NCBI GenBank assembly: GCA_051362555.1
Contig: CM120641.1
Location: 46,568,401-46,632,400 of the forward strand
Reading direction: 5' to 3'
Length of the DNA: 64,000 nucleotides
DNA from: Lingula anatina
Lineage: Eukaryota; Animalia; Brachiopoda
Part shown: positions 38,873-51,240 of the stretch, piece by piece
Numbering within the stretch: position 1 is the first letter of the stretch
Layout: every line of letters begins with the position of its first letter
The notes under the pieces: generated by a model
Seen by the model: only the letters and a program-made list of their open reading frames with translations
Told to the model about the DNA's origin: nothing
Database searches by the model: none
Translations under genes and position numbers: made by a program

Positions 38873-39333
38873 GGATTTACAAATTAAAACTAGTGAGTCA
38901 AACTCACAAAGTCTGTAAAAACTAACTACAACTGTAGCTTAAAAGGTTTACAAATTAAAACTAGTGAGTCAAACTCACAAAGTCTGTAAAAACTAACTAC
39001 AACTGTAGCTTAAAAGGTTTACAAATTAAAACTAGTGAGTCAAACTCACAATGTCTGTAAAAACTAACTACAACTGTAGCTTAAAAGGTTTACAAATTAA
39101 AACTAGTGAGTCAAACTCACAATGTCTGTAAAAACTAACTACAACTGTAGCTTAAAAGGTTTACAAATTAAAACTAGTGAGTCAAACTCACAATGTCTGT
39201 AAAAACTAACTACAACTGTAGCTTAAAAGGTTTACAAATTAAAACTAGTGAGTCAAACTCACAATGTCTGTAAAAACTAACTACAACTATAGCTTAAAAG
39301 GTTTACAAATTAAAACTAGTGAGTTAAACTCAC
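38873..39333. repeat. 71-bp minisatellite, about 6.4 near-identical copies
   Basis: Unit AAATTAAAACTAGTGAGTCAAACTCACAAWGTCTGTAAAAACTAACTACAACTGTAGCTTAAAAGGTTTAC starting at 38881, 38952, 39023, 39094, 39165, 39236 and 39307. Confidence 0.95.
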
Positions 39334-39893
39334 ACTGTACACATAAACCAACAATTAACATATTAAAATGTATAATTATAATTTAAATCTAGTAATTCCA
39401 TCATTCAACAGACAAAAATACAGAGAAAGACTAGATCACCAGCCCATCTACACTGCATATAACCAGCAGTGTTCAAGTGTTCAGTGAACCTATAACCTAC
39501 ACATCCTGCATCTCAAAATGCAAAAAAAAAAAATAATAATAAATAAAATAATAATAATAAAAATTATAAATAAAGTAACAAGGCAGCAAATCTGTCAAAT
39601 GTACAAACATAAAAACAAAATTATAGCTTTATCTACTACACATAACATCAAAAATGTATTACCAAGAATGTTCAACCAAAATGGGCAAAATCAAACCTTG
39701 ATGAAGATTCATTCTCGGATACAAGGTTCCTTTTTTGTACCTGTACACTGAAGGTTTTATCTTTCCACAGAAGTGTGGTTTACCATGGTTTCAAACATAA
39801 ATCGTCATGAAATCAGCTCTTGAAAACAGGTCCTTCTGCTATAAATGCTCAAACATGCAGAGACTATGCAGGTAAATTATATATAATTATGAG

Positions 39894-42800
39894 CAGTGTT
39901 CTCATTTACGGCGTCCCAATATGTAAAAAACGCAATGAAATTAAAAAGGACGTAAAATAATCAACACCCTTTCGTCCCAGGGACGAAAAAAAATGCGGTC
40001 CTGTTTAGGCGGATGATTAGTGGGAGAGATAAAAAAAACAACTGAAAGGGATGATTATCTTAATGACCACGGAAATTATACAGAATGAGTGATGTGTTTG
40101 GTGAAACTAGCGTATTAATTTACAAAAACACACCGTGTTTGGCAGTTTGCTGGGCCTGTCACGTCACTTAGTGCGCCATCTACCGAATGACGCAATACGC
40201 AAAATGGCGCTCATTACGGCTGAGGTTATCCCTGACGAAAAAGACCGAGGTGTGCCGAATGCAGGTGGTTGTAATGTCTCAAAATGGCGCAGTCCCATGC
40301 TAAAAAAAAGATCCGGACTTTCAACAAAACCTGGCTGGAAGAGCCCAGTTTTAAAGACTGGCTTTATGTCACGGACAACTTTATGTTTTGCTCCATTTGT
40401 AAACGTGCCAAGAAGAGTAACGTTTTTACAACTGATCCGGGATGCAGTGATTACCAGAGATCTACACTTGTTCGACACGTGCAGTCCGAACAACATAAGC
40501 AAGCGGCTTCTACTCTTAAGGGCCAGTCAGCTCTACAGCGGGCTATATCCACAGCGGAACAAAAAACAGATGACAACCTCGGTCATCAGATGAAAACTGT
40601 GTACTTTTTGGTATCTCATAACTTGGCTCTAAATCTCTACCCGGACCTTTGCCTACTTCAGTCAATGAAGGGACACTATACGTCAGCTGGAGTGGTAAAT
40701 GAAATGGTTCAGTGTCTGTCAGATACTATTGAGGATGACATGAAAAATGCCATAGAGAAAAGTAAATACATAGGCATTCAAGTGGATGAAAGTTGCGACA
40801 TTGCAATTTTCAAAAAATTGATTATTTATGTCCAGACTGTTGTAGGTGGAAAAGCCAGAACTTCTTTCTCTGCCAACCTGAATGTCCCAGATGGGAAAGC
40901 TGATACAATTGTGGCTGCAATTGAACAGTGGATGGAAGGATACAACATTTCAGCTTCTAAAGTCATGGGTCTGGGTAGTGATGGAGCTGCTGTGATGACT
41001 GGCCGGCGAACAGGTGTGGGAGTACAGTTAAAGGGCAGAAATCCATATCTTGTACATATTCATTGTCTGGCTCACAAACTGGCCTTAGCAGTGGGTCAAG
41101 CTGCGGCTTCAGTGGAACAAATTAAATCCTACCAAGAAACAGTCAATGCAGTCTACCAGTTCTTCCAAAATTCTGCGGTAAGATACAACAGACTCCGAGC
41201 TGTATATGATCTGATGGAAGATGACCAGTTTCTCACACTGAAGCAACCTTTGGCTGTTCGCTGGCTCTCCCTGGAACAGGCTGTTGTTGCCATCTTGAAC
41301 TGCTGGTCACCCCTTGTTGTTTGTCTTGGAGAAGAAGCGGCCAATGGAAATGCTGTTGCCAGAGGGCTCCTCAACAAAGTTGATGATTATCTCTTCCTGG
41401 CCTTGACTTGCCTTTTAGTAGATATACTACCACTATTCAGCAGGTATAACTAATATTTTTTCATAATGCAATTTAACTTTTAATTTTCATAACATATTGT
41501 CACTTTTGATTCCAGTTTAAAGAAATTTATTCTACTTTATTAATGCAGGCTAGTTTAAAGAAATTTATTCTACTTTATTAATACAGGCTATCAAAGTGTT
41601 TTCAACGGGAGTGCTTGGATTTTGACACTGCTAACCGAAGTTTGGAGACAGTTAGAGGTTCACTGCATACATTCTCTGAACATCCTGATTCCCTGCTCAC
41701 ACTAAACCAGATGGATAGAGCGGTGACTGACAATGGAAACTACAGGGAAACAGCAGTAAACCGAACTGAAGCCAAAGTTGCTACTTTTGCCAGAGTGAAA
41801 GGTACAATTTATTACTACTATAATGATCAGATAATATCTCAAGACAAGTTGTTTCAGTCTATCAAACTCAGATATTGGTTTAAATCATTTGTATATATTC
41901 ATTTATTCTAACAGACTAACAGTTCACTAACTCATTTTATTTTTGTGTTTTCTCAGATGCTTTCTTCACTACTCTGAATGAGAACCTTGAAGACAGATTT
42001 CCAGTAGACACTATGGATTGTTTGAAAGCTTTGGACAAGCTACTCAACCCACAGAGATATCCACAAGCTGCTGCAGATCTTGGAGCATACGGTGGAGATG
42101 AACTTCAATTCCTTATCAACCACTACACCAATGATCAACATGCTGATGTTATTGACACTCAGAGGTGTCAACAGGACTTTGTACCATATAAGCATCACAC
42201 ATTCTTATGCAGGCATTTAACCTTCACATCCCATTGTGAAAATCTCATTCAGAATCACGATCAGGATTTTCCTGATTTCACTACAATGGCACAAATTGCA
42301 CTGTGCATCCCCCTCAACAGTGCATCATGTGAAAGAGGTTTTTCTGCCCAAAACCTAAATAAGTCCAAATGTAGGAACCGACTTAGTGAGGCACAGCTGC
42401 AGAATATTATGAAGATAACAATAAATGGTCCGCATTTTGCGGAATTTGATTACACACAGGCTAAACTCAAGTTTCGAGCCATCCGACAGAGAAGGCAATG
42501 AATATGGGTAAAAATTACAAATTTTACAGATGCTGTATTTTTTAAGTCACATTTTCTTAAAATCAGAACATAACTATTGAATGGTAGCTACAAAACTGAA
42601 AAGCAGGCTGCCTTTTTGTTCTATTCTGTACAGAAAAAGAGCCACAAATGCTACACAGAAATATATTTTCATGATATAAAATTTACATCGTTGAAAATTT
42701 TGTAATTTTTCCCCATTGAAAAGATCGAGTCATTACCGTACTGTAAATGATCTTGGAAGCATTCAAAGTAGTTTTAAAGTCAATATTTCTAAAACAGAAA

Positions 42801-43111
42801 AGTACTGGTTTTATTTGACAGAAACTTACTGAGTTTCGTTCTCTAGTAGACTAGTCCTGGTACAATGAGTCTGCAGAATTTTATTTTTAAAAAGATGTTT
42901 TGTAAGATGTTATATTTTTATTTTGCTATATTTTTACATAATTTTGACCTGTTACATGTATTTCAATAAACACATTTGTGCAATTCTAAATGGTACTTAT
43001 TTTTTTTTTCTTCTTCAAGAGAAGGACTCGGAAAATTTACATGGGACTCACATTTTGTCAAACATGTGAGTCCCATGGACTCGGATTTTAAAAAAATTAT
43101 TGAGAACACTG
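39894..43111 (+). mobile_element. Full-length hAT DNA transposon, copy A (5-bp TSD, hAT5-type)
   Basis: 11-bp TIR CAGTGTTCTCA / TGAGAACACTG; TSD ATGAG/ATGAG; 3,218 bp; intact transposase gene. Confidence 0.95.
40284..42501 (+). CDS. hAT transposase (ZNF862-like), 639 aa, 3 exons
   Basis: Exons 40284-41443, 41587-41801 and 41957-42501 total 1,920 nt in frame. N-terminal zinc finger (MFCSIC...LVRHVQSEQH), catalytic QVDES, GSDGA and CERGFS, CxxH (HCLAH), VRW and the C-terminal dimerisation motif KCRNRL. Confidence 0.93.
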
Positions 43112-43254
43112 ATGAGCTATATATATACTATCCAAACAGAGTTTGTGGCATGATGTCACTCACTCGCTTGTCCTATGAATGTGTATATGTAAAGCACAGT
43201 GCCTATTTATAGAAACTACGATTGGCTTCTGTAATCTGCAGTAATAAGAGTGCC

Positions 43255-44282
43255 CTAAATGTGATCGGTTTCCAAGATGGCCATAAACTCTTGGCAAAGC
43301 TCAGGGTAAGAGCAGTATGTGCAGGGAAGCTCTATCAGAGGTCCACAGGTGTGAGCCTGTGATGCCTTGGCCAAACCAACCATACGGTTGAAGGAGATAT
43401 CAATGTGGCACATGCAAATGAGATCTGACCCGGTGAAGTACCTCAGAAATTTCTTGAGCATGGCATTATCCAGGCCTTTGATAAACTGCTTGAGATATCC
43501 AAGGCATCAGATTTTTCTCTGTTTGCAGGTGTGCAGTTCAGAAGCTTAATAAACTTTCTTACATGCAGTTTGTGTTTTGCTTTTGTACATCAGTCGTAGT
43601 TTTTCCACATCAGGGAGGAGTATCTGCAACCGTCCACATGCAGTTTCAGCCATTGCATCCATTGCATATTTTGGTTCCTGAATTAGTTTCTTGTGTGCAA
43701 TTTGCAGAACTGTGTTGCACATGTCTTCTTTTGTGGGCATTCCTTTGCAATCCATACGGGTAAGCAAATCCAGCAAGTCATCTTGTTCATCTTCATCAAG
43801 GTCTTCCCCAGATAAAGCCTTGTCAACAATCTTGCGATCAGCTTCTGGGAGATACATGCAAAATGACTGCAGTAGCATATCTGATGAAACACTGGTTTCT
43901 CCGAGGATGAAAGCCGAAGAAAAGGCCAGTGATAACTGCAATGGGTAGACACCACAGTCGATGTAGCCTTTCAAAAGGATCCTGCCCACTGCCTTCCACT
44001 CCTCTCGACCATATCTGGGGGAAAGCAACGGCACCTTCTCGTATTCACCACATGCTGACGTGGAGAAGAACTCGTTCCAAAATGCACAGTATGCGTCTTT
44101 CTGTGCATCTCCTTGACCACCTGTTCCCCTCTCACCAATGAAGGTAACCTTTAACTTCGTACCTATGATGGTGTCCTCCATGAACATGGACAACATGTCT
44201 TGCTGTATGGAGGAACGGTGAAGGGCCAGATTGGTAGAATTTGGTTGTGACGCATCTGGTGTATGCTGAAAAGGTGTTGTAC
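43255..44282 (-). pseudogene. HECT-like E3 ubiquitin ligase pseudogene (terminal exon)
   Basis: Acceptor TCTTACAG| at 44282. Reads KVTFIGERG...AFWNEF...WKAVGRILLKGY...YP, then after a frameshift and stop near 43546-43510, LKKFLRYFTGSD...AHTCGPLIELP..Y.SY.EL. FLRxxTG and AHTC are HECT C-lobe hallmarks. Confidence 0.75.
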
Positions 44283-46864
44283 CTGTAAGAAGAATCAAAA
44301 GGGATATTGTGCAAGGTTTGACTGCAACAAATATACAGCGTTCATCACATGACAAACATATGGCTGTGCTCAGGGCTGCTCCAATGGGGATGCAAACTTG
44401 GGCATCAGTGCTAGAAACACAGAGTAACAGGGACACCGTGGTAAAGAAAAGGACAAAATTATAGCTTTAAAATACCCTCAAGGCAATTCCGATCCAAAAA
44501 TGAGATTTTCTACAGGGGCAATTTAAGACATGAAAAAATGACAGGAGGATCTTAAATGTACAAGACCACTGGGTCATGCATGTTGGAATCATTAATGCCT
44601 CTATAAGACAGCATTCGGTTTCATCAAGGCTGGATAGTGCTATCCTAAGCAGAAAACAAACAAAAGTGCAACAATCATGGATTCATGGATGCACTTACAC
44701 CATTCCACATTTTCATATACATGTACAAAACTGACACAAAACATTAAAACAGCTAGTAAATATGTTTTCCTTTGAAGTAGTTTGTTTTTCTTGAAACATG
44801 CATATAAACAGATATCTCCTCATATCATAAATGCATTCCAATTATTTGTATTTGCTGTATTTTTGTTTTTCAGCACACTTCTTGTTTGAGTAAAAATGTT
44901 ATGTACAATACAAAACAAATTTTTTTCATTCAACTTGCATCTTTCTGAAACTCCAGAACAGTTAAATCTAGATGTTATGCTTATAAACCACACTGCTGCA
45001 CTTACATTGCATTGGGTATGGTGTGCCACCACCTGTAAGAAAAAGTACAACCTGGAGTATAATTATTAATAATATGTAACAGTGTTACAAAAATGAAACC
45101 TTGAATTTACAGTATAAAACAGTAAACAATTACAAAGTGTTAACATATATCAAATCTTACCAAAAAGGCAGTAATTTAAGTTATATTAATTAATGCCCAA
45201 ATTGGCCAGATAATATCATAGCTTGGAGAAACTTAAATTTTTCTTTTAGAATTATGATTTTATAGACAAGAAAAAAAATTGGGTTGTAATTGTTGCTGGA
45301 TTATTTTATTGACATTATGGGTGTGTGTATGATATAATGAACAATCTACCTGCTAGTGGATATGACAGTCCTATTGGTGTACGCACGTACCCTGCCCTAG
45401 GGGAACTGCCCTCAGCTTCCTTCCTAAACACTGGCGGGTTATCACCAAATATTATACACATTATCTGTATTAAACCAAGCAGGTCTGACTGTGGCTGAAA
45501 TAAATTAATTATTTTGCTCGAATAGAAAATTATGACTAATTAAGCTGAATCTTTATTAGTAAAATAAAACAATTTAGATTGAAACACCATTGTAAAAAGT
45601 CCACAAAATCACCAAAAATACTTAATTCTGACAAGTTTCGGTGGTCTTAGCACTGACATCAGTATTCTATTTTTCAGTTCATTATGACTGAATTTACTGG
45701 AATAAAAAAATAGTTTCATACATGTCTCCACTCATGAAGATATGGAATATACACTCTTCCATTGGCATCTACATGTTGCCCTGACTTGATCTGCATATTA
45801 GCTGTTGGCTTTACGTACACCATTGGTGGGTTATATGGATGGGTCTGCAACAGCCACAGACAAACTGGTATGTTAAAAGTAGTACCTAAATTGTGGAGAT
45901 TAAGACAGGTTTGCTATATGCAATTATGTTTTTAACTTGGGGGGAAAATACTGGTCTGCATCATCCCAGACAGCCTCAGTGATCTGGCCCACATCTGGCC
46001 CAGATCTGGCAACGTCTGGCAATGTCTGGCAAAAGGTATGGCCTACGTATGGCTTGCCAGATGTGGGCCAGATGTGGCAATGTTTGGGCCAGATCTGGCC
46101 CAGACATTGCCACATCTGGCCCAGTCCACATTTGCTCATGTGGCCAGATGTCGGCCCAGATCTGGCAATATCTGGCAAAGGTATGGCATGCCAGATGTGG
46201 ACCAGATGTGGGCCAGATCATATTTAAATGGGCCAGATTAGGGCCAGACATGGACCACATATGGCCCAGATTGTTTTTTTTTATTATTTCACATTTGCTC
46301 ATGTGGCCAGATCTGGCCCAGATCTGGCAATATCTGGCAAAGGTATGGCATGCCGGATGTGGGCCAGATTAGGGCCGGACATGGACCACATATGGCCCAG
46401 ATTGTTTTTTTTTTTTTCTTTTTTTAATTATTTTTAATTATTCAATAAGATAACTATAAAAAAAGACATACAAGATTCAAGATTCAAGTATTTATTCTGT
46501 GCTAAAACCCTAAACAAAATTATTACACATTATATAACCTTGCTGGCAACTAACATGCAATAAATTAAGGGCCACTCCTTGTCTTTTTGTACAAAACAAT
46601 TTGTATGTTTGAAAAAAAAAAAAAAAAAAAAAACCACACTGCAAAAAGGCAAATATACAGACACTTAACAGGAGGAAATGTCACTTACATACATGTAAAG
46701 AAAACAGTTATAACAACAATTTTTTTTTCAACACAAAGCTGCTCATCGAATCTGACTTAACACAAATTACAAAAATTGTAATTAATTATGCATGTACATG
46801 GGGGGGGGGGGATTTGAGGGGGAAATATTTTTGCACACCTCAACCTAAATAATATTATACATTG

Positions 46865-49800
46865 CAGTGTTCTCATTTACGGCGTCCCAATATGTAAAAA
46901 ACGCAATGAAATTAAAAAGGACGTAAAATAATCAACACCCTTTCGTCCCAGGGACGAAAAAAAATGCGGTCCTGTTTAGGCGGATGATTAGTGGGAGAGA
47001 TAAAAAAAACAACTGAAAGGGATGATTATCTTAATGACCACGGAAATTATACAGAATGAGTGATGTGTTTGGTGAAACTAGCGTATTAATTTACAAAAAC
47101 ACACCGTGTTTGGCAGTTTGCTGGGCCTGTCACGTCACTTAGTGCGCCATCTACCGAATGACGCAATACGCAAAATGGCGCTCATTACGGCTGAGGTTAT
47201 CCCTGACGAAAAAGACCGAGGTGTGCCGAATGCAGGTGGTTGTAATGTCTCAAAATGGCGCAGTCCCATGCTAAAAAAAAGATCCGGACTTTCAACAAAA
47301 CCTGGCTGGAAGAGCCCAGTTTTAAAGACTGGCTTTATGTCACGGACAACTTTATGTTTTGCTCCATTTGTAAACGTGCCAAGAAGAGTAACGTTTTTAC
47401 AACTGATCCGGGATGCAGTGATTACCAGAGATCTACACTTGTTCGACACGTGCAGTCCGAACAACATAAGCAAGCGGCTTCTACTCTTAAGGGCCAGTCA
47501 GCTCTACAGCGGGCTATATCCACAGCGGAACAAAAAACAGATGACAACCTCGGTCATCAGATGAAAACTGTGTACTTTTTGGTATCTCATAACTTGGCTC
47601 TAAATCTCTACCCGGACCTTTGCCTACTTCAGTCAATGAAGGGACACTATACGTCAGCTGGAGTGGTAAATGAAATGGTTCAGTGTCTGTCAGATACTAT
47701 TGAGGATGACATGAAAAATGCCATAGAGAAAAGTAAATACATAGGCATTCAAGTGGATGAAAGTTGCGACATTGCAATTTTCAAAAAATTGATTATTTAT
47801 GTCCAGACTGTTGTAGGTGGAAAAGCCAGAACTTCTTTCTCTGCCAACCTGAATGTCCCAGATGGGAAAGCTGATACAATTGTGGCTGCAATTGAACAGT
47901 GGATGGAAGGATACAACATTTCAGCTTCTAAAGTCATGGGTCTGGGTAGTGATGGAGCTGCTGTGATGACTGGCCGGCGAACAGGTGTGGGAGTACAGTT
48001 AAAGGGCAGAAATCCATATCTTGTACATATTCATTGTCTGGCTCACAAACTGGCCTTAGCAGTGGGTCAAGCTGCGGCTTCAGTGGAACAAATTAAATCC
48101 TACCAAGAAACAGTCAATGCAGTCTACCAGTTCTTCCAAAATTCTGCGGTAAGATACAACAGACTCCGAGCTGTATATGATCTGATGGAAGATGACCAGT
48201 TTCTCACACTGAAGCAACCTTTGGCTGTTCGCTGGCTCTCCCTGGAACAGGCTGTTGTTGCCATCTTGAACTGCTGGTCACCCCTTGTTGTTTGTCTTGG
48301 AGAAGAAGCGGCCAATGGAAATGCTGTTGCCAGAGGGCTCCTCAACAAAGTTGATGATTATCTCTTCCTGGCCTTGACTTGCCTTTTAGTAGATATACTA
48401 CCACTATTCAGCAGGTATAACTAATATTTTTTCATAATGCAATTTAACTTTTAATTTTCATAACATATTGTCACTTTTGATTCCAGTTTAAAGAAATTTA
48501 TTCTACTTTATTAATGCAGGCTAGTTTAAAGAAATTTATTCTACTTTATTAATACAGGCTATCAAAGTGTTTTCAACGGGAGTGCTTGGATTTTGACACT
48601 GCTAACCGAAGTTTGGAGACAGTTAGAGGTTCACTGCATACATTCTCTGAACATCCTGATTCCCTGCTCACACTAAACCAGATGGATAGAGCGGTGACTG
48701 ACAATGGAAACTACAGGGAAACAGCAGTAAACCGAACTGAAGCCAAAGTTGCTACTTTTGCCAGAGTGAAAGGTACAATTTATTACTACTATAATGATCA
48801 GATAATATCTCAAGACAAGTTGTTTCAGTCTATCAAACTCAGATATTGGTTTAAATCATTTGTATATATTCATTTATTCTAACAGACTAACAGTTCACTA
48901 ACTCATTTTATTTTTGTGTTTTCTCAGATGCTTTCTTCACTACTCTGAATGAGAACCTTGAAGACAGATTTCCAGTAGACACTATGGATTGTTTGAAAGC
49001 TTTGGACAAGCTACTCAACCCACAGAGATATCCACAAGCTGCTGCAGATCTTGGAGCATACGGTGGAGATGAACTTCAATTCCTTATCAACCACTACACC
49101 AATGATCAACATGCTGATGTTATTGACACTCAGAGGTGTCAACAGGACTTTGTACCATATAAGCATCACACATTCTTATGCAGGCATTTAACCTTCACAT
49201 CCCATTGTGAAAATCTCATTCAGAATCACGATCAGGATTTTCCTGATTTCACTACAATGGCACAAATTGCACTGTGCATCCCCCTCAACAGTGCATCATG
49301 TGAAAGAGGTTTTTCTGCCCAAAACCTAAATAAGTCCAAATGTAGGAACCGACTTAGTGAGGCACAGCTGCAGAATATTATGAAGATAACAATAAATGGT
49401 CCGCATTTTGCGGAATTTGATTACACACAGGCTAAACTCAAGTTTCGAGCCATCCGACAGAGAAGGCAATGAATATGGGTAAAAATTACAAATTTTACAG
49501 ATGCTGTATTTTTTAAGTCACATTTTCTTAAAATCAGAACATAACTATTGAATGGTAGCTACAAAACTGAAAAGCAGGCTGCCTTTTTGTTCTATTCTGT
49601 ACAGAAAAAGAGCCACAAATGCTACACAGAAATATATTTTCATGATATAAAATTTACATCGTTGAAAATTTTGTAATTTTTCCCCATTGAAAAGATCGAG
49701 TCATTACCGTACTGTAAATGATCTTGGAAGCATTCAAAGTAGTTTTAAAGTCAATATTTCTAAAACAGAAAAGTACTGGTTTTATTTGACAGAAACTTAC

Positions 49801-50082
49801 TGAGTTTCGTTCTCTAGTAGACTAGTCCTGGTACAATGAGTCTGCAGAATTTTATTTTTAAAAAGATGTTTTGTAAGATGTTATATTTTTATTTTGCTAT
49901 ATTTTTACATAATTTTGACCTGTTACATGTATTTCAATAAACACATTTGTGCAATTCTAAATGGTACTTATTTTTTTTTTCTTCTTCAAGAGAAGGACTC
50001 GGAAAATTTACATGGGACTCACATTTTGTCAAACATGTGAGTCCCATGGACTCGGATTTTAAAAAAATTATTGAGAACACTG
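46865..50082 (+). mobile_element. Full-length hAT DNA transposon, copy B (5-bp TSD)
   Basis: Same TIRs, same 3,218-bp length and constant 6,971-bp offset from copy A; TSD CATTG/CATTG. Confidence 0.95.
47255..49472 (+). CDS. hAT transposase (ZNF862-like), 639 aa, 3 exons, copy B
   Basis: Exons 47255-48414, 48558-48772 and 48928-49472. All ORF-track translations are identical to copy A. Confidence 0.93.
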
Positions 50083-50374
50083 CATTGTCATTTTTAAACT
50101 AATTCAAACATATCATTAATAATAATAATCACTAATGAATATAGTTTTGTAATGAATAAATATTGAATAATGAATGAAAAAACATTCTTTTTTAGATGAT
50201 GGAGAGTTATAACAAAATTATAAATAACCATGCAGTAACTGTTTCAATTCAACTTGCATGCTGGCTACAGTACTGTACATACATGTAAATTCTGAAAAAA
50301 AAATATGTATACTCCAGCACAGATATAGATGTACAATTAAAAGAGAATTACATGTGCACAAAAACAAACCCCAG

Positions 50375-51240
50375 TATCAATGCTTTTGAATTAATCACAT
50401 CACGAATCAAATCACTCAATGAATTGAACCAGTTTGCAATGCTTGCGCTTTTTTCAAATCCATAACACTAAGAAATGATACACCCGCCTCCTTGACAAGC
50501 TTATAATTATTAAAGGAATCAACAATGGAACAAGTAACTCTACCAAGTTAACAAAAGTTCATTCAAATGTCAAGTCCAAACACAACATCCCTTCCTTTCT
50601 TGGAGAGAAACGGTCCTTTCAAAACATGTTAATTGACAGTTCAGTCTTTAAAATGTCTTTTCAAACATTTGCAGAATAGCATATGAACTCCAACTTTTAT
50701 TCCTTAAACCACACTGAAAATTCTCAAAACTAATCAACTCATATCAAATCCCATGTCCTTTCACTACTACTGGTCTCTTCCTTTGCTTGCCTTTACGTCA
50801 TATTCAAATGTTCCCTTCACTTTTAAAGGTTTCTCAGACGTGTATGAATAATACTGTTTGTTTTCTGGTCCTCCACAAGAGCCACATTTATTTTTCTTGG
50901 ATTTCAGCATTCTCCATGTATTTTCATCAATGATATTACAATATGCACCTGAATCTGGTAATACACTGAGATTAACACCTCCTCTATTTCCTCCATGTCT
51001 TCTGTGCATTGGTTCCCACACCAAATGTATATGCACTCCTGGATTATCATGTCCAAAGCTGTCATTTACAGTATCAGTTTGATACGCTTGTGCTTTTTTC
51101 ATATCCATAACTCTAAGAAACGCTACATCCGGGTCCTTGACCGGCTTAGCATAAAAAGCGGAATCTTACAACAGCGGAACGAGTAGTTCAAAAAAGTTTT
51201 AGAACAGTGAATTCATTCAAATGTCAAGTCAAATTAAACA
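50375..51240 (-). mobile_element. Gypsy remnant inside EnSpm copy 2, further deleted
   Basis: Reverse complement of 35818-37261 lacking about 580 bp (end of 5' LTR, PBS and gag). Protease-like VLPDSGAYCNII is retained. Confidence 0.8.

Noticed and set aside
38873-39333. CRISPR-like regular repeat
   Set aside because: Head-to-tail units with no unique spacers, no cas genes, and a eukaryotic context.
40135-40593. Overlapping 152-aa and 112-aa ORFs at the hAT 5' end (and the copy B equivalents)
   Set aside because: Alternative-frame shadows of the transposase with no recognisable motifs.
39894-50082. The twin hATs as an assembly artefact, or as LTRs of one larger element
   Set aside because: Each has its own TIRs and a distinct TSD, and copy B sits inside an element whose empty site is visible in copy 1.
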